Assembly (NCBI GenBank): GCA_041946735.1
Contig: JBHGAY010000001.1
Coordinates: 271,658-335,657 of the forward strand
Length of the DNA: 64,000 nucleotides
Direction: 5' to 3'
DNA from: Candidatus Eiseniibacteriota bacterium
GTDB taxonomy: Bacteria > Eisenbacteria > RBG-16-71-46 > CAIMUX01 > VGJL01
Positions within the stretch are counted from its first letter, which is position 1; every line of letters starts with the position of its first letter. Below, piece by piece: positions 40,735-50,623 of the stretch. The notes under the pieces were generated by a model. That model saw only the letters and a program-made list of their open reading frames with translations, searched no databases and was not told the origin of the DNA. A program made the translations under genes and the position numbers.

Positions 40735-41937
40735 TCAACGGCGATGCCCGCGGGGCAGGCGGATCCGGAAGGTCGTACCCTTCCCCGGTATCGACTGGCA
40801 GGTCACAAGACCGCCGTGCTCCTCCACGATCTGCCGCACCACGGCGAGGCCGAGGCCGGTGCCGTCCTGCTTCGTCGTGAAGAACGGCTCGAAGATCCGC
40901 GGCAGGACGTCCGGCGAGATTCCGGGGCCGTTGTCGTCGACCTGGATCTCCGCCCCGTCCTGCATGGCCGCCGTGACGACCATCACCTGCCCGTCGTGGG
41001 GCGGAACGACGTCCATCGCGTTGCGGATCAGGTTGAGCACGACCTGGCGGACCAGGCGGCTGTCGCACGCCACCAACGGCCGGCTGTCGTCCAGGTTCAG
41101 CACCAGGCGGGTGCCGCTGCGGCGCAGCTCAGGCCGGAGGAAGTCGGCGAGCTCGAGCAGGACGGCGTTCAGGTCCTCCTCCCGCCCGGTCGGCTGCGGC
41201 ATCCGCGAGAACTGCAGGTACTCGTCGGTGATCTGCGAGAGCCGCTTCGTCTCGCGCTTGATCGTCTGCAGGATCTCCCGCGCTTCACGCTCCTCCGGCG
41301 TGTCGCCGACCCCGAGGTTGTCGAGCAGGATGTCGCAGTTGAGATTGATCGAGGCGAGCGGATTGCGGATCTCGTGGACGACTTTCGAAGCCATCTTGCC
41401 GATCGCCGCCATCTTCTCGTTTCGAATCAGCTCGCGCTCCAGCTCGCGCGTGCGGCTGACGTCGCGGAGGATCTCGACCGCCCCTGCTTCCTGCCCCGTG
41501 GCCGGGTTGCGGATTCGTGAGCGCGTGAGCGAAACCTCGACGAGCGAGCCGTCCTTGCGCCGCCGTTCCGTCCGGAGATCCCGCACCTGCCCGCGCTCGA
41601 GGAGCGCCTCGGTCATCGCCCGCTCGATCACCGCCCCCTCGGGCAGGAGCAGCGAATAGGGCTTGCCGATCGCATCCTCCGGCGCGTAGCCGAAGGTCTC
41701 CGACGCCCCGCGGTTCCACAGCCGTACCCGGTCGGCCGGGTCGAGGACGAGGATCGCGTCGGCGGCATTCTCGACGACGTCCTGGAGCATGGAACGGGTC
41801 TGCTGCAGACTTGCGACCGACTCTCCGGCGCCGGAGGCCCGGCCGCGGCGCTGCCCGATCCAGATCAAGAGGATCGTGAGGACGCCGATGCCCGCGATGA
41901 GAGCGGCAGCGACGGGAAGCGGTGAGGTTGCGGCCAT
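40735..41937 (-). CDS. Membrane-anchored PAS sensor histidine kinase (NtrB-like)
   Basis: N-terminal TM, PAS/PAC, VHEIRNPL, NLIRNAMD, DNGPGI, FFTTK..GTGLGL. Confidence 0.93.
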   Translation of the reverse strand: MAATSPLPVAAALIAGIGVLTILLIWIGQRRGRASGAGESVASLQQTRSMLQDVVENAADAILVLDPADRVRLWNRGASETFGYAPEDAIGKPYSLLLPEGAVIERAMTEALLERGQVRDLRTERRRKDGSLVEVSLTRSRIRNPATGQEAGAVEILRDVSRTRELERELIRNEKMAAIGKMASKVVHEIRNPLASINLNCDILLDNLGVGDTPEEREAREILQTIKRETKRLSQITDEYLQFSRMPQPTGREEDLNAVLLELADFLRPELRRSGTRLVLNLDDSRPLVACDSRLVRQVVLNLIRNAMDVVPPHDGQVMVVTAAMQDGAEIQVDDNGPGISPDVLPRIFEPFFTTKQDGTGLGLAVVRQIVEEHGGLVTCQSIPGKGTTFRIRLPRGHRR

Positions 41938-41956
41938 GCCGATCGTGCGCCTCTCG

Positions 41957-43390
41957 CTACTCGAGATACTCGGTCAGGCCGTACTCACGGATCTTCCTGT
42001 ACAGGCGGGTGCGGGAGATCCGGAGCATCGAAGCCGCCCGGGACTTGTTTCCGTCCGCGGCTTTCAGCGCGCGCTCGATCGCTTGCCGCTCCGCATCGGA
42101 GAGCGGGCCCGTGCCGTCCAGGTCGTCGGTCGCTGACGCCAAGCCAGAGCCAGAGGTAGAGGTAGACGTAGAGGCGGAGACCGAGCCGTCGAGACCGCCC
42201 GCGCGCACCAGCTCCGGCAGGTCCTCGACAGTGATCGTCCCCTCGACGCCCATCGCATAGACCGACTCGATCAGGTTCTCGAGCTGCCGGACGTTGCCCG
42301 GCCAGCGGTAGTGCTGGAGAGCTTCGAGCGCCTGCGGGTCGATCCCGTGGATCCGGTTCGGGAACAGCCGCGAGAACTTCTCGAGGAAGTGCTGGACCAG
42401 GAACGGGATATCCTCGGGCCGGGCGCGCAGCGGCGGGATGTCGATCCGGATTACGGCAAGCCGGTAGTACAGGTCCTGCCGCAGCGCCTGCTCGGCGACC
42501 GCCTCCTCGACGTTGCGATTGGTCGCGGCGATGAAGCGCACGTCGACCTTCATCTCCGCGACGTCCCCGACCGGCCGCACCGTCCTTTCCTGGATGACCC
42601 GCAGCAGCTTCGCCTGCGTCTCGATCGGCATCTCGGCGAACTCGTCGAGGAACAAGGTCCCACCGTCCGCGGAGCGAACCAGCCCGAGCGTCGTCGCGCT
42701 CGCCCCCGTGAACGCGCCCCGCCTGTGGCCGAACAGCTCGCTCTCGATCAAGCCGCGCGGGATCGCGCTGCAGTTGACCGGCACGAACGGCCCCTTCGCC
42801 CGCGTTCCGCTGTAGTGGATCGCGCGAGCGACCACCTCCTTGCCGGTCCCGCTCTCGCCGAGCACGAGCACCGAGCTCTCGTTGCGCGACGCTGCCTGGA
42901 TCAGCGAGAAGACGCGTTGCATGCCCGGCCCCCGCCCGATCAGGTTCGGATAGGAGAAGGTCTTCTGCAGCTCGTCGCGAAGCCGATGGATCTCCCCCTT
43001 CATCCGGCGCGACTCGAGGATCTGGTTGACCGCCCGAAGCAGCTCGTCCCGGTCGAACGGCTTCGTGATGTAGTCGGTCGCTCCGATCTTCATCGCCTGG
43101 ATGGCGTTCTGGATCGTCCCGTACCCGGTCATCATGATGACGTCGATCTGGGGATGGTCGCGCTTGATCCGTTGCAACAGCTCCGCGCCGTCCATGCGCG
43201 GCATTCGGAGGTCGGTCAGGACGATCGTGTAGGAAGGATCGGCCGCGAGGAGGTTCAGCGCCTCCTGCGCGTCGTACACGGCATCGGCGGCGAGACCGGC
43301 CTTGCGGAAGATCCGCCGGCAGGTCTCGGCCATGTCCACGTCGTCCTCGACGATCAGTATCTTCTCATCCACCCGAAGCTTCTCTTCCAC
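41957..43390 (-). CDS. Sigma54-dependent response regulator (NtrC family)
   Basis: ILIVEDD, TDLRMP, KPF, GESGTGKE, ESELFGHRRGAFTGA, FLDEF, WPGNVRQL, HTH. Start 43390 or 43372. Confidence 0.95.
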   Translation of the reverse strand: MEEKLRVDEKILIVEDDVDMAETCRRIFRKAGLAADAVYDAQEALNLLAADPSYTIVLTDLRMPRMDGAELLQRIKRDHPQIDVIMMTGYGTIQNAIQAMKIGATDYITKPFDRDELLRAVNQILESRRMKGEIHRLRDELQKTFSYPNLIGRGPGMQRVFSLIQAASRNESSVLVLGESGTGKEVVARAIHYSGTRAKGPFVPVNCSAIPRGLIESELFGHRRGAFTGASATTLGLVRSADGGTLFLDEFAEMPIETQAKLLRVIQERTVRPVGDVAEMKVDVRFIAATNRNVEEAVAEQALRQDLYYRLAVIRIDIPPLRARPEDIPFLVQHFLEKFSRLFPNRIHGIDPQALEALQHYRWPGNVRQLENLIESVYAMGVEGTITVEDLPELVRAGGLDGSVSASTSTSTSGSGLASATDDLDGTGPLSDAERQAIERALKAADGNKSRAASMLRISRTRLYRKIREYGLTEYLE

Positions 43391-43486
43391 TTGGAGCTTC
43401 TCTTCCCGCTCCCATTCCCCGGATCGTCAGACGGGCGGCCCGCCGACGCGCGGAGCCGCCCGGACGGCGCGTCCCTCGGATCTGAT

Positions 43487-44482
43487 CTAGCGGGCGCTTT
43501 CTGCCGGATGACCATCCCCCGCGGCCGCCAGCGGCGGCTTCGCCCCGCGAGCCGGTTCCGCGAACTCCGCCCGGGAGACGTAGGTCAGCCACGTATCGTA
43601 GCGCGGACGGCGGCCGCTGACGATCTCGTAGAACTCCTTGCGGATCCGAGTCGTCACCGGCCCGACCTTCCCCGTCCCGAGAATCGTCTCGTCGATCTGA
43701 TGGATCGGCGTCACCTCCGCCGCCGTCCCGGTGAAGAACGCCTCGTCGGCCGCCTGGACGCCGGCCACGGTGAGCGGCACCTCCTCGACCTCGTACCCGA
43801 GGTCCGAAGCGAGCTCGAGGACGGAGGCGCGCGTGATCCCCGGCAGGATCGCGCCGAGCGGAGGCGTCTTCAGGATCCCGTCCTTGACGAGGAACAGGTT
43901 CTCGCCCGGCCCTTCGGCGACGTAGCCGTTGTAGTCGAGCAGGAGCGCCTCGTGATAGTCGGACTCCTTCGCCTCCTGGCTCGCGAGAATCGAGTTGACG
44001 TAGTGGCCGCAGAGCTTCGCGTTCGCGATCGTCGAACGCGGATGGATCCGGATGAAGCGGCTGACCTTGACGCGGATCTTCTCGTCGTCGAGGTACTTCC
44101 CCCACGGCCAGGCGGCCAGGACGACGCTGACCGGGTTGTTGCCGGGATTGAGCCCGAGCATCCCGTAGCCGAAGAAGACGAGGGGCCGCAGGTAGCCGGA
44201 CTCCAACCGGTTCACCCGGATCAGCTCAGAGCACGCCTCGCAGATCTCCTCCTTGGTCCAGGCGATCTTCATGTGAAAGACGCGCGCGGATTTGTACAAG
44301 CGGTCGATGTGCTCTCTGAGGCGGAAGATCGCGGGGCCCCGATCGGTCGCGTAGCAGCGGATCCCTTCGAAGACCCCGCTGCCGTAGTGGAGCGTGTGAG
44401 AAAGGACGTGGATCTTCGCTTCGTCCCAGTTGATGAGACGGCCGTCCATCCAGATCTTGTCGACTTTGGGGAATGACGTCAT
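43487..44482 (-). CDS. ilvE: Branched-chain amino acid aminotransferase
   Basis: LHYGSGVFEGIR, AKLCGHYVNS (PLP Lys), EGPGENLF, LPGITR, EAFFTGTAAE. Confidence 0.95.
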   Translation of the reverse strand: MTSFPKVDKIWMDGRLINWDEAKIHVLSHTLHYGSGVFEGIRCYATDRGPAIFRLREHIDRLYKSARVFHMKIAWTKEEICEACSELIRVNRLESGYLRPLVFFGYGMLGLNPGNNPVSVVLAAWPWGKYLDDEKIRVKVSRFIRIHPRSTIANAKLCGHYVNSILASQEAKESDYHEALLLDYNGYVAEGPGENLFLVKDGILKTPPLGAILPGITRASVLELASDLGYEVEEVPLTVAGVQAADEAFFTGTAAEVTPIHQIDETILGTGKVGPVTTRIRKEFYEIVSGRRPRYDTWLTYVSRAEFAEPARGAKPPLAAAGDGHPAESAR

Positions 44483-44859
44483 CCGCTCTTCTCCGAACGC
44501 TCCGCCGCGCCGGCCGCCAGGTGCCGGAGGGTGACGAGGAGCTCCGACGGGTCCTCGGACTTCTCCGCCATCGCGTCAGCGACCCAGGCGGAAAAGTCGC
44601 GGCCGATCTGATACGGGTTGCGAGTGTGGAAGACGACTCGCGCGTCCTTGTTGACCCGGGTCATCTCGAGGGCCACGTCCAGGCCGCGGCCCTCGAGTCC
44701 GGGATCCATCACGATGACGTCCGGGCGATGCAGGAGGTTCATGGCCAGGGCGTCGGCGAAATCGCACGCCGTGATCACATGGTACCCACACTGCCGCAGC
44801 GCCGCGCTATGGGAGTTCCTCAATGTCGGCTCGCCTTCGACGATCAGGACTACTGTCAC
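44479..44859 (-). CDS. Single-domain response regulator
   Basis: VLIVEGE, PDVIVMDPGL, VFHT, AEKS. GTG start after a G-rich RBS. Confidence 0.78.
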   Translation of the reverse strand: MTVVLIVEGEPTLRNSHSAALRQCGYHVITACDFADALAMNLLHRPDVIVMDPGLEGRGLDVALEMTRVNKDARVVFHTRNPYQIGRDFSAWVADAMAEKSEDPSELLVTLRHLAAGAAERSEKSG

Positions 44860-44896
44860 GGAACCCACCCCCTCCGCGCACGCCGTCCCGAAGGAA

Positions 44897-46330
44897 TCAG
44901 GCAAGATCGCGCACGAACGCCGCTCCCTTCAAGATGGCCTGCTGGTTCATCGGGATCGTCTTCTTCGCTTTCATGTAGCTCGGGAGTGCATCGATGACCG
45001 ACTGCAGGTCCAGGACGCCGCTCTTCTCGATGTACGCGCCCATCATCACCATGTTGGCGCACTTCGTCGTGCCGATGGCATCCGCCATCTCCGTCGCGGG
45101 GATTTTCAGGATCTCGATGTCGGTCCTCTGCGGCGACACCTCGATCAGCGAGCTGTCGTAGAGCAGGAGTCCGCCCTTCTTCAGATCCCCCTCGAACTTC
45201 TCGAGGGAGGGGCGGTTCATCGCGACGAGAACGTCCGATTCGGCGACGAGCGGGCTTCCGATCTCCGTTTCGGAAATCCGGACGTGGCAGTTCGCCGTCC
45301 CTCCGCGCATCTCGGGACCGTACGAGGGAAGCCACGAAACCCGGTAGCCGGCCTGCATTCCGCACTCGGCCAGCGCGACGCCGAGAAGGAGGATTCCCTG
45401 GCCGCCGAAGCCGGCCATCTTGATCCGCGGATTCGCGTAGCTCGGAGAGCGGAGGGTCCCGCGCCGGGCCGCCGCCCCTTCCGTCTCGCGGATGTCGAGC
45501 AGCTCGTGGATCCCGTCGCTCTGGAAGACGAGCTTCTGCCCGGGACGCTTCTCGGCCGTTTCGGTCAGGTCCTTCGTCGCGCCGAGCTTGAAGTGCTTCT
45601 CCATCGCCTCGTGGATCCAGACGCGCGCGTCGACCGGGTTCAGCTTCCAGCCGGTCGGGCACGCAGAGAGGGCCTCCACCATCGAGAAGCCCTTGCCGTC
45701 GATCTGGTTCTGGATCGCCTTGCGGACCGCGGTGCGGGCCCGGTTCATGTGCTTCGCGTCGGTGAGAGCGACCCGCTCGATGTAGACGGGAGCTTCGAGC
45801 GTGGCGAGCAGCTCGCTGACGCGGATCGGGTAGCCCTCGTTTGCCGGTGACCGGCCTAGCGGCGTGGTCGTGGTCCGCATTCCCGGCAGGGTGGTCGGCG
45901 CCATCTGGCCTCCGGTCATCCCGTAGATCGCGTTGTTGACGAAGAGGACCGTCAGATTCTCTCCGCGGTTCGCTGCCTGGAGGATCTCGTTGCCACCGAT
46001 GCCGGCGAGGTCGCCATCGCCCTGATACACGATCACGATGGCTTCCGGATGCGCTCTCTTGATCCCGGTGGCGACGGCAGGTGCGCGTCCATGAGCGGCC
46101 TGGATGTTTCCGCACCTGAAGTAATAGTACCCGAAGACGCTGCAACCGACCGGGGAAATGAAGATCGTGCGATCCTGGATCCCGAAATCGTCGATCGCCT
46201 CGGCAATCAACTTGTGAAGGTTGCCGTGCCCGCAGCCCGGACAGTAGTGAGTCGAGAGCTTGTCCGGTCCGGACTTCCTGTCGAAATCGACGTAGAACGA
46301 TTGCGCCTTACGAAACACGTCCCGGGCCAT
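44897..46330 (-). CDS. vorA: 2-oxoacid:ferredoxin oxidoreductase fused beta-gamma subunit (VorA-like)
   Basis: [11 protein letters not shown] motif GDGDLAGIG...[11 protein letters not shown], gamma domain [19 protein letters not shown]. Confidence 0.88.
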   Translation of the reverse strand: MARDVFRKAQSFYVDFDRKSGPDKLSTHYCPGCGHGNLHKLIAEAIDDFGIQDRTIFISPVGCSVFGYYYFRCGNIQAAHGRAPAVATGIKRAHPEAIVIVYQGDGDLAGIGGNEILQAANRGENLTVLFVNNAIYGMTGGQMAPTTLPGMRTTTTPLGRSPANEGYPIRVSELLATLEAPVYIERVALTDAKHMNRARTAVRKAIQNQIDGKGFSMVEALSACPTGWKLNPVDARVWIHEAMEKHFKLGATKDLTETAEKRPGQKLVFQSDGIHELLDIRETEGAAARRGTLRSPSYANPRIKMAGFGGQGILLLGVALAECGMQAGYRVSWLPSYGPEMRGGTANCHVRISETEIGSPLVAESDVLVAMNRPSLEKFEGDLKKGGLLLYDSSLIEVSPQRTDIEILKIPATEMADAIGTTKCANMVMMGAYIEKSGVLDLQSVIDALPSYMKAKKTIPMNQQAILKGAAFVRDLA

Positions 46331-47381
46331 GCCCCACCTCCTCCAGTTCGTGAATCCGATCGAGCAGCTCGAGGGCGGTCGGGACGCTTCCCCCGACGCG
46401 ATGATAGAAGCGGACGGGGCGCGCCCCGTTCACCGCGAGGCGCACGTCGTCGACCATCTGGCCGGTCGACAGCTCGACGACCAGGAAGTCCTTCACCCGG
46501 CCGGCCAGATCGACGATTTGCGGCACCGGGAACGGGAAAAGCGTGATCGGACGAAGCAAGCCGACCTTGATCCCCTCCTCCCTCGCCATGTCGACCGCCG
46601 ATTTCAGGAGGCGAGAGACGATGCCGTAGCCGATCACGACGTGCTCGGCATCTTCCACGCGATACGCCTCGAAGCGGATCTCCTTCTGGCGCATCTCATC
46701 GTACTTCCGCTCCAGCTTCTCGTTGTGTCCCTCGAGCTCCTCCGGGTCGAGGTAAATCGAGGAGATGAGGTTGTCGAGCCGGTCCGGGGAGGGCTCGATC
46801 GCCCACGGTTTGTCGGGCAGCTTCGTGACCGGCGGCGGGAACTCGCATGGCTCCATCATCTGTCCGATGAATCCGTCCGCCAGCACGTAAGCCGGGTTGC
46901 GATACCGGTCCGCGAGGTCGAAGGCGAGCATCGTCAGGTCGCACATCTCCTGCACCGAGTTCGGCGCGAGGACCGGGACGCGGTAGCAGCCGTGGCCGCC
47001 CCCCTTGACGACCTGGTTGTAATCGCCCTGTTCGGGCGCGATGTTTCCCAAGCCGGGGCCGCCGCGCATGACGTCGATGATGACGCAGGGCAGTTCCGCA
47101 CCGGCCATGTACGAAATCCCCTCCTGCTTCAGGCTGATGCCGGGCGAGGAGGAGGCGGTCATCGCGCGGATCCCCCCGGACGCCGCGCCGTACACCATGT
47201 TGATTGCGCCGATCTCGCTCTCGGCCTGCAGGAACGTCCCCCCGGCTCGGGGGAAATAGAGGGCCGCGGCTTCCGCGATCTCGCTCGCCGGCGTGATCGG
47301 ATAGCCGAAATAGGCGCGGCAACCTGCGAGAATCGCGCCCTTCACGACCGCTTCGTTTCCCTTCAACAGGTTCTTCGCCAT
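46308..47381 (-). CDS. vorB: 2-ketoisovalerate (3-methyl-2-oxobutanoate) oxidoreductase alpha subunit
   Basis: [46 protein letters not shown]. Confidence 0.9.
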   Translation of the reverse strand: MAKNLLKGNEAVVKGAILAGCRAYFGYPITPASEIAEAAALYFPRAGGTFLQAESEIGAINMVYGAASGGIRAMTASSSPGISLKQEGISYMAGAELPCVIIDVMRGGPGLGNIAPEQGDYNQVVKGGGHGCYRVPVLAPNSVQEMCDLTMLAFDLADRYRNPAYVLADGFIGQMMEPCEFPPPVTKLPDKPWAIEPSPDRLDNLISSIYLDPEELEGHNEKLERKYDEMRQKEIRFEAYRVEDAEHVVIGYGIVSRLLKSAVDMAREEGIKVGLLRPITLFPFPVPQIVDLAGRVKDFLVVELSTGQMVDDVRLAVNGARPVRFYHRVGGSVPTALELLDRIHELEEVGHGPGRVS

Positions 47382-47396
47382 CTTCTTCTTCCCCTC

Positions 47397-47648
47397 CTAC
47401 CGAACCGGCTCGAGCTTGTAGACGGTGATCGCGCCAGGCTCCGGGCAGGCGTAGAAGCAGATGCCGCAGCCGGTGCAACCCTCTCCCAGGTAGGACGATG
47501 GGTGGTATCCCATCCGGTTGATCTCCTTCGAGAGCACCAGGCATTTCTGCGGGCACTCCTGCACGCAGTAGGAGCAACCTTTGCATTCGTCCACGCGGAT
47601 CTCGACCCGTCCACGCGGACCCGTCCGCACCCGCTTCACCTCTTCCAT
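47397..47648 (-). CDS. 2x[4Fe-4S] ferredoxin, delta subunit of the oxidoreductase
   Basis: [12 protein letters not shown] and [14 protein letters not shown]. Confidence 0.92.
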   Translation of the reverse strand: MEEVKRVRTGPRGRVEIRVDECKGCSYCVQECPQKCLVLSKEINRMGYHPSSYLGEGCTGCGICFYACPEPGAITVYKLEPVR

Positions 47649-47702
47649 CGCCTCACCTCCGCTCTTGGAAGACCCGAGGGCCTATCCCTCCTTCTCCGAC
47701 GA

Positions 47703-48407
47703 TCACGACCCCGCCGCGCGGGACGCTCGCGCCGCGCGGATTCCGTCCTCGATCCATCGAACCCACCGGTCCAGGCCCTCGCCGGTCGCGCAGGAGATCT
47801 CCATCCGCTCCGCCTTCGGGTTGATCCGCTCGACGGAGCGCCAGAAGGCTTCGCGGTCGAACCGGACGTACGGCAGCAGGTCCACCTTGTTCAGCGCAAT
47901 GACGGCGGCCTTCTCGAACATGAACGGATACTTCTCCGGCTTGTCCTCTCCCTCGGGAACGCTCGTGAGCACGACCCTCGCCGATTCCCCGAGATCGAAG
48001 CTGCTCGGGCACACGAGATTGCCCACGTTCTCGACGACGATCGCGTCGTGCGCCGCGAGGTCGACCCCCTCGAGCGCTGAATCGATCATCCGCGACTCGA
48101 GATGGCAGGTGCCGTTGGTGACGATCTGGATCGCCTCCGCCCCGGTGGCGGCGATGCGTTCCGCGTCGCGCGCCGTCCGGAGGTCCCCTTCGATGACGAG
48201 GCAGCTCAGGCGGCCGCGCAGGCGGCCGAGGGTCTCCTCGAGCAATGTCGTCTTGCCCGCGCCGGGGCCGGCGAGCAGGTTGACGACGAAGAGGCCGCGC
48301 TGCCGGAAGCGGGCGCGCAGGGCCGCCGCGATCTCGTCGTTGCGCGCGACGATGTTTCGCTTGAGGTCCAGGATCCGCACCTTGGGAATGGCCGCCGGTT
48401 CGCTCAC
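47703..48407 (-). CDS. hypB: Hydrogenase nickel incorporation GTPase
   Basis: GPGAGKTT, IEGD, TCHLE, ENVGNLVCP, EGEDKPEKYP, NKVD. Confidence 0.96.
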   Translation of the reverse strand: MSEPAAIPKVRILDLKRNIVARNDEIAAALRARFRQRGLFVVNLLAGPGAGKTTLLEETLGRLRGRLSCLVIEGDLRTARDAERIAATGAEAIQIVTNGTCHLESRMIDSALEGVDLAAHDAIVVENVGNLVCPSSFDLGESARVVLTSVPEGEDKPEKYPFMFEKAAVIALNKVDLLPYVRFDREAFWRSVERINPKAERMEISCATGEGLDRWVRWIEDGIRAARASRAAGS

Positions 48408-48811
48408 GCTCTCCTTCCTCCCTCCTGCGCCGCTGCCTCGGCCTGCTCATCCGGCTCGCCGCAGACGATGCGCCGCACCTCGAGCTCCCGTCCCTCCGTG
48501 AGCCGGAACGGCGCGACGCCGCAATGCGCGCACTCCCCTTCCCCCTGTCCGAGGAGGAAGGAGTCACCGCAGCGCTCGCACACCGCGCGCGCCGGCACGA
48601 GCGTGATCGAGAGGCGCGCGGCCGGACATCCCGCCTGGAGCCGCATCGACTCCCACGCGAAATCGAGCGCCTCGGGCTCGACGCCCGACAGGGTGCCGAT
48701 CCGGACGCCCACTTCGCGCACGTCGCGCAGCTCGCACCCCGAGCCCCCCGCGCGCGCGATCTCCGCCCCGACGATCTCGAGAATCGAGAGGGCCAGCGAC
48801 AGTTCGTGCAT
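48404..48811 (-). CDS. hypA: Hydrogenase nickel metallochaperone
   Basis: MHELS, GTLSGVEP, CERC...CAHC, GREL. Confidence 0.95.
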   Translation of the reverse strand: MHELSLALSILEIVGAEIARAGGSGCELRDVREVGVRIGTLSGVEPEALDFAWESMRLQAGCPAARLSITLVPARAVCERCGDSFLLGQGEGECAHCGVAPFRLTEGRELEVRRIVCGEPDEQAEAAAQEGGRRA

Positions 48812-48817
48812 GGCGCG

Positions 48818-49306
48818 TCAGCCTCTCGCCCGGCGATCGCCTTCGTCGTGGCGATCGTCGAGGAGCATCCCGCTCGGACGGAGCCGGGAACGGACCGGCC
48901 GCTTCAGGCTCTGGCGCATCACGCGGACGATCTCGGAAAGCTCCGAGCGATGACCGTAGTAGAGGACTCCGGCCGCCCGCGCCTGACGCTCGACGTCGAC
49001 GTCCGAGGAGTCGAAGGCGAAGACGATCGGCAGCTCGGCGCGCAAGGAACGGATCAAGCCGAGCAGTTGCGTGGCCGGCTTGTCGCGGAGGGTCGCGTCC
49101 AGGATCACGCCGCGCACCCGCCGGTCTTCGACGAGGATCAGCGCCTCCCGAGCCGAATGGGCGAGCACGAGGATGCCTTCGAGGTCGGGCGCCTCACGCC
49201 GGAGGCCGAGCCAGAAGGCGGAGTCCTCGGAGACGACGACGATCCGCTCCCGCGCGACGGGAGCCCTCGCCTGGATCGTGATTTCGTGGGAGCGTCGGAA
49301 CATCAT
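48818..49306 (-). CDS. Atypical receiver-domain protein
   Basis: IVVVSED, VILDATL, PIVFAFD, ARAAGVLYY. The conserved Thr/Ser and Lys are absent. Confidence 0.7.
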   Translation of the reverse strand: MMFRRSHEITIQARAPVARERIVVVSEDSAFWLGLRREAPDLEGILVLAHSAREALILVEDRRVRGVILDATLRDKPATQLLGLIRSLRAELPIVFAFDSSDVDVERQARAAGVLYYGHRSELSEIVRVMRQSLKRPVRSRLRPSGMLLDDRHDEGDRRARG

Positions 49307-49327
49307 GGTTTCCCGTTGCTTCCGGCA

Positions 49328-49343
49328 TGCAAGCAGGATGCCA
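49328..49343 (-). promoter_or_regulatory. Sigma54 promoter inside the hyp cluster
   Basis: Minus strand TGGCATCCTGCTTGCA (GG-N10-GC). Confidence 0.75.
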
Positions 49344-49433
49344 TCGGCAGGCTCGGGTCTCCGGCAAACTCCTTGCCATGTAACAAGGTCGAAATGGACC
49401 GGCGCCGGGAGATGCGTCGCCCAGCCGCCGAAT

Positions 49434-49469
49434 TGCCACGAAACGCTACAGTCGTCTCGATCCAGGACA
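49434..49469. promoter_or_regulatory. Tandem 17-bp TGT-N11-ACA-type enhancer sites
   Basis: TGCCACGAAACGCTACA-gt-CGTCTCGATCCAGGACA, same layout as 60016-60051. Confidence 0.62.
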
Positions 49470-49597
49470 GATCGGCGCCCTTGCCCGAGCCGCCGGAGGC
49501 GTCGGGGGCGCCCGAGGCTCCCGAGGCGCCCGGGCTGCCTGGGACCACCGGGCTCATGCAGGCGACCCGCCGGCTCATCGCGATGGCCACCTCCACC

Positions 49598-50623
49598 TCA
49601 GCAGATCCTCGGAAGCTGTTCGCCCGAGAGCATGTCGAGCACGCGGCGCCCGCCGATCCGGGTCTGGAGCGCCACGCGACCGGGGTCGCCGGAGACGATC
49701 CGTCCGATCGGCGCCGCCTCGCGCCCGTACGGATGCGCGCGGAGGGACTCGAGAGCGGCTTCGGCCCCGTCCTCGCCCGCGACCACGATCATCCGTCCCT
49801 CGCAGGCCACGTAGAGGGGATCGAGACCGAGGATCTCCGCGAGCGCGAGGACGCTCGGCCGGACCGGAATCGCCTCTTCCTCGAGGAGGATCCCGAAGCG
49901 GGCGCCGGCCGCCAGCTCGTTCAGGGTCGTGGCCAGTCCTCCGCGGGTTGGGTCGCGCATCCAGCGGACCGACGGGCACGCGGCGAGGAGCGAGCGGACC
50001 ATGCCGGCCAGCGGAGCGCAGTCGCTCAGGATCGGCGCCTCGATCCGCAGGTCGTTGCGCGCGGAGAGGACCGCCATGCCGTGATCTCCGATCGGGCCGC
50101 TCACGAGGATCCGGTCCCCCGGCCGCACGCTCGCGACTCCGCCGGGCAGCGGCGACTCCAAGAGCCCGATGCCCGCCGTGTTGACGAAGATCTGATCGAG
50201 GCTGCCTCGCTCGACGACCTTCGTGTCCCCCGTCACGATCGGCACGCCGACCTCTTCGCAGACCGACCGCATCGAGTCGAGGAGGCGCTCGAGCCGCTCG
50301 ATCGGCAGTCCCTCTTCGAGAAGGAAGCCGGCCGACAGGGCGAGCGGCTGCGCGCCGAGAGCGGCGAGATCGTTGACCGTCCCGCAGACGGCGAGCTTCC
50401 CGAGATCGCCGCCGGGGAACTCGATCGGCGAGACGACGAAGGAGTCGGTCGTGAAGGCAATCTGGCCGCCGCACGGGAGCTCGAGGCGCGCCGCATCCTC
50501 GAGCGCGGCGAGCGCCTCGTTGTGGAACCGCGGCAGGAAGAGATCGCGCACGAGATCGTGCGTGCGTCTTCCGCCCGCTCCATGGGAGAGGAGGATTTCC
50601 GGGCCGCCGCCCCTGCTGCTCAT
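49598..50623 (-). CDS. hypE: Hydrogenase maturation carbamoyl dehydratase
   Basis: HGAGG, FTTDSFVVSPIEFPGGDLG, GDTKVV, MRDPTRGG, C-terminal LPRIC. Confidence 0.97.
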   Translation of the reverse strand: MSSRGGGPEILLSHGAGGRRTHDLVRDLFLPRFHNEALAALEDAARLELPCGGQIAFTTDSFVVSPIEFPGGDLGKLAVCGTVNDLAALGAQPLALSAGFLLEEGLPIERLERLLDSMRSVCEEVGVPIVTGDTKVVERGSLDQIFVNTAGIGLLESPLPGGVASVRPGDRILVSGPIGDHGMAVLSARNDLRIEAPILSDCAPLAGMVRSLLAACPSVRWMRDPTRGGLATTLNELAAGARFGILLEEEAIPVRPSVLALAEILGLDPLYVACEGRMIVVAGEDGAEAALESLRAHPYGREAAPIGRIVSGDPGRVALQTRIGGRRVLDMLSGEQLPRIC

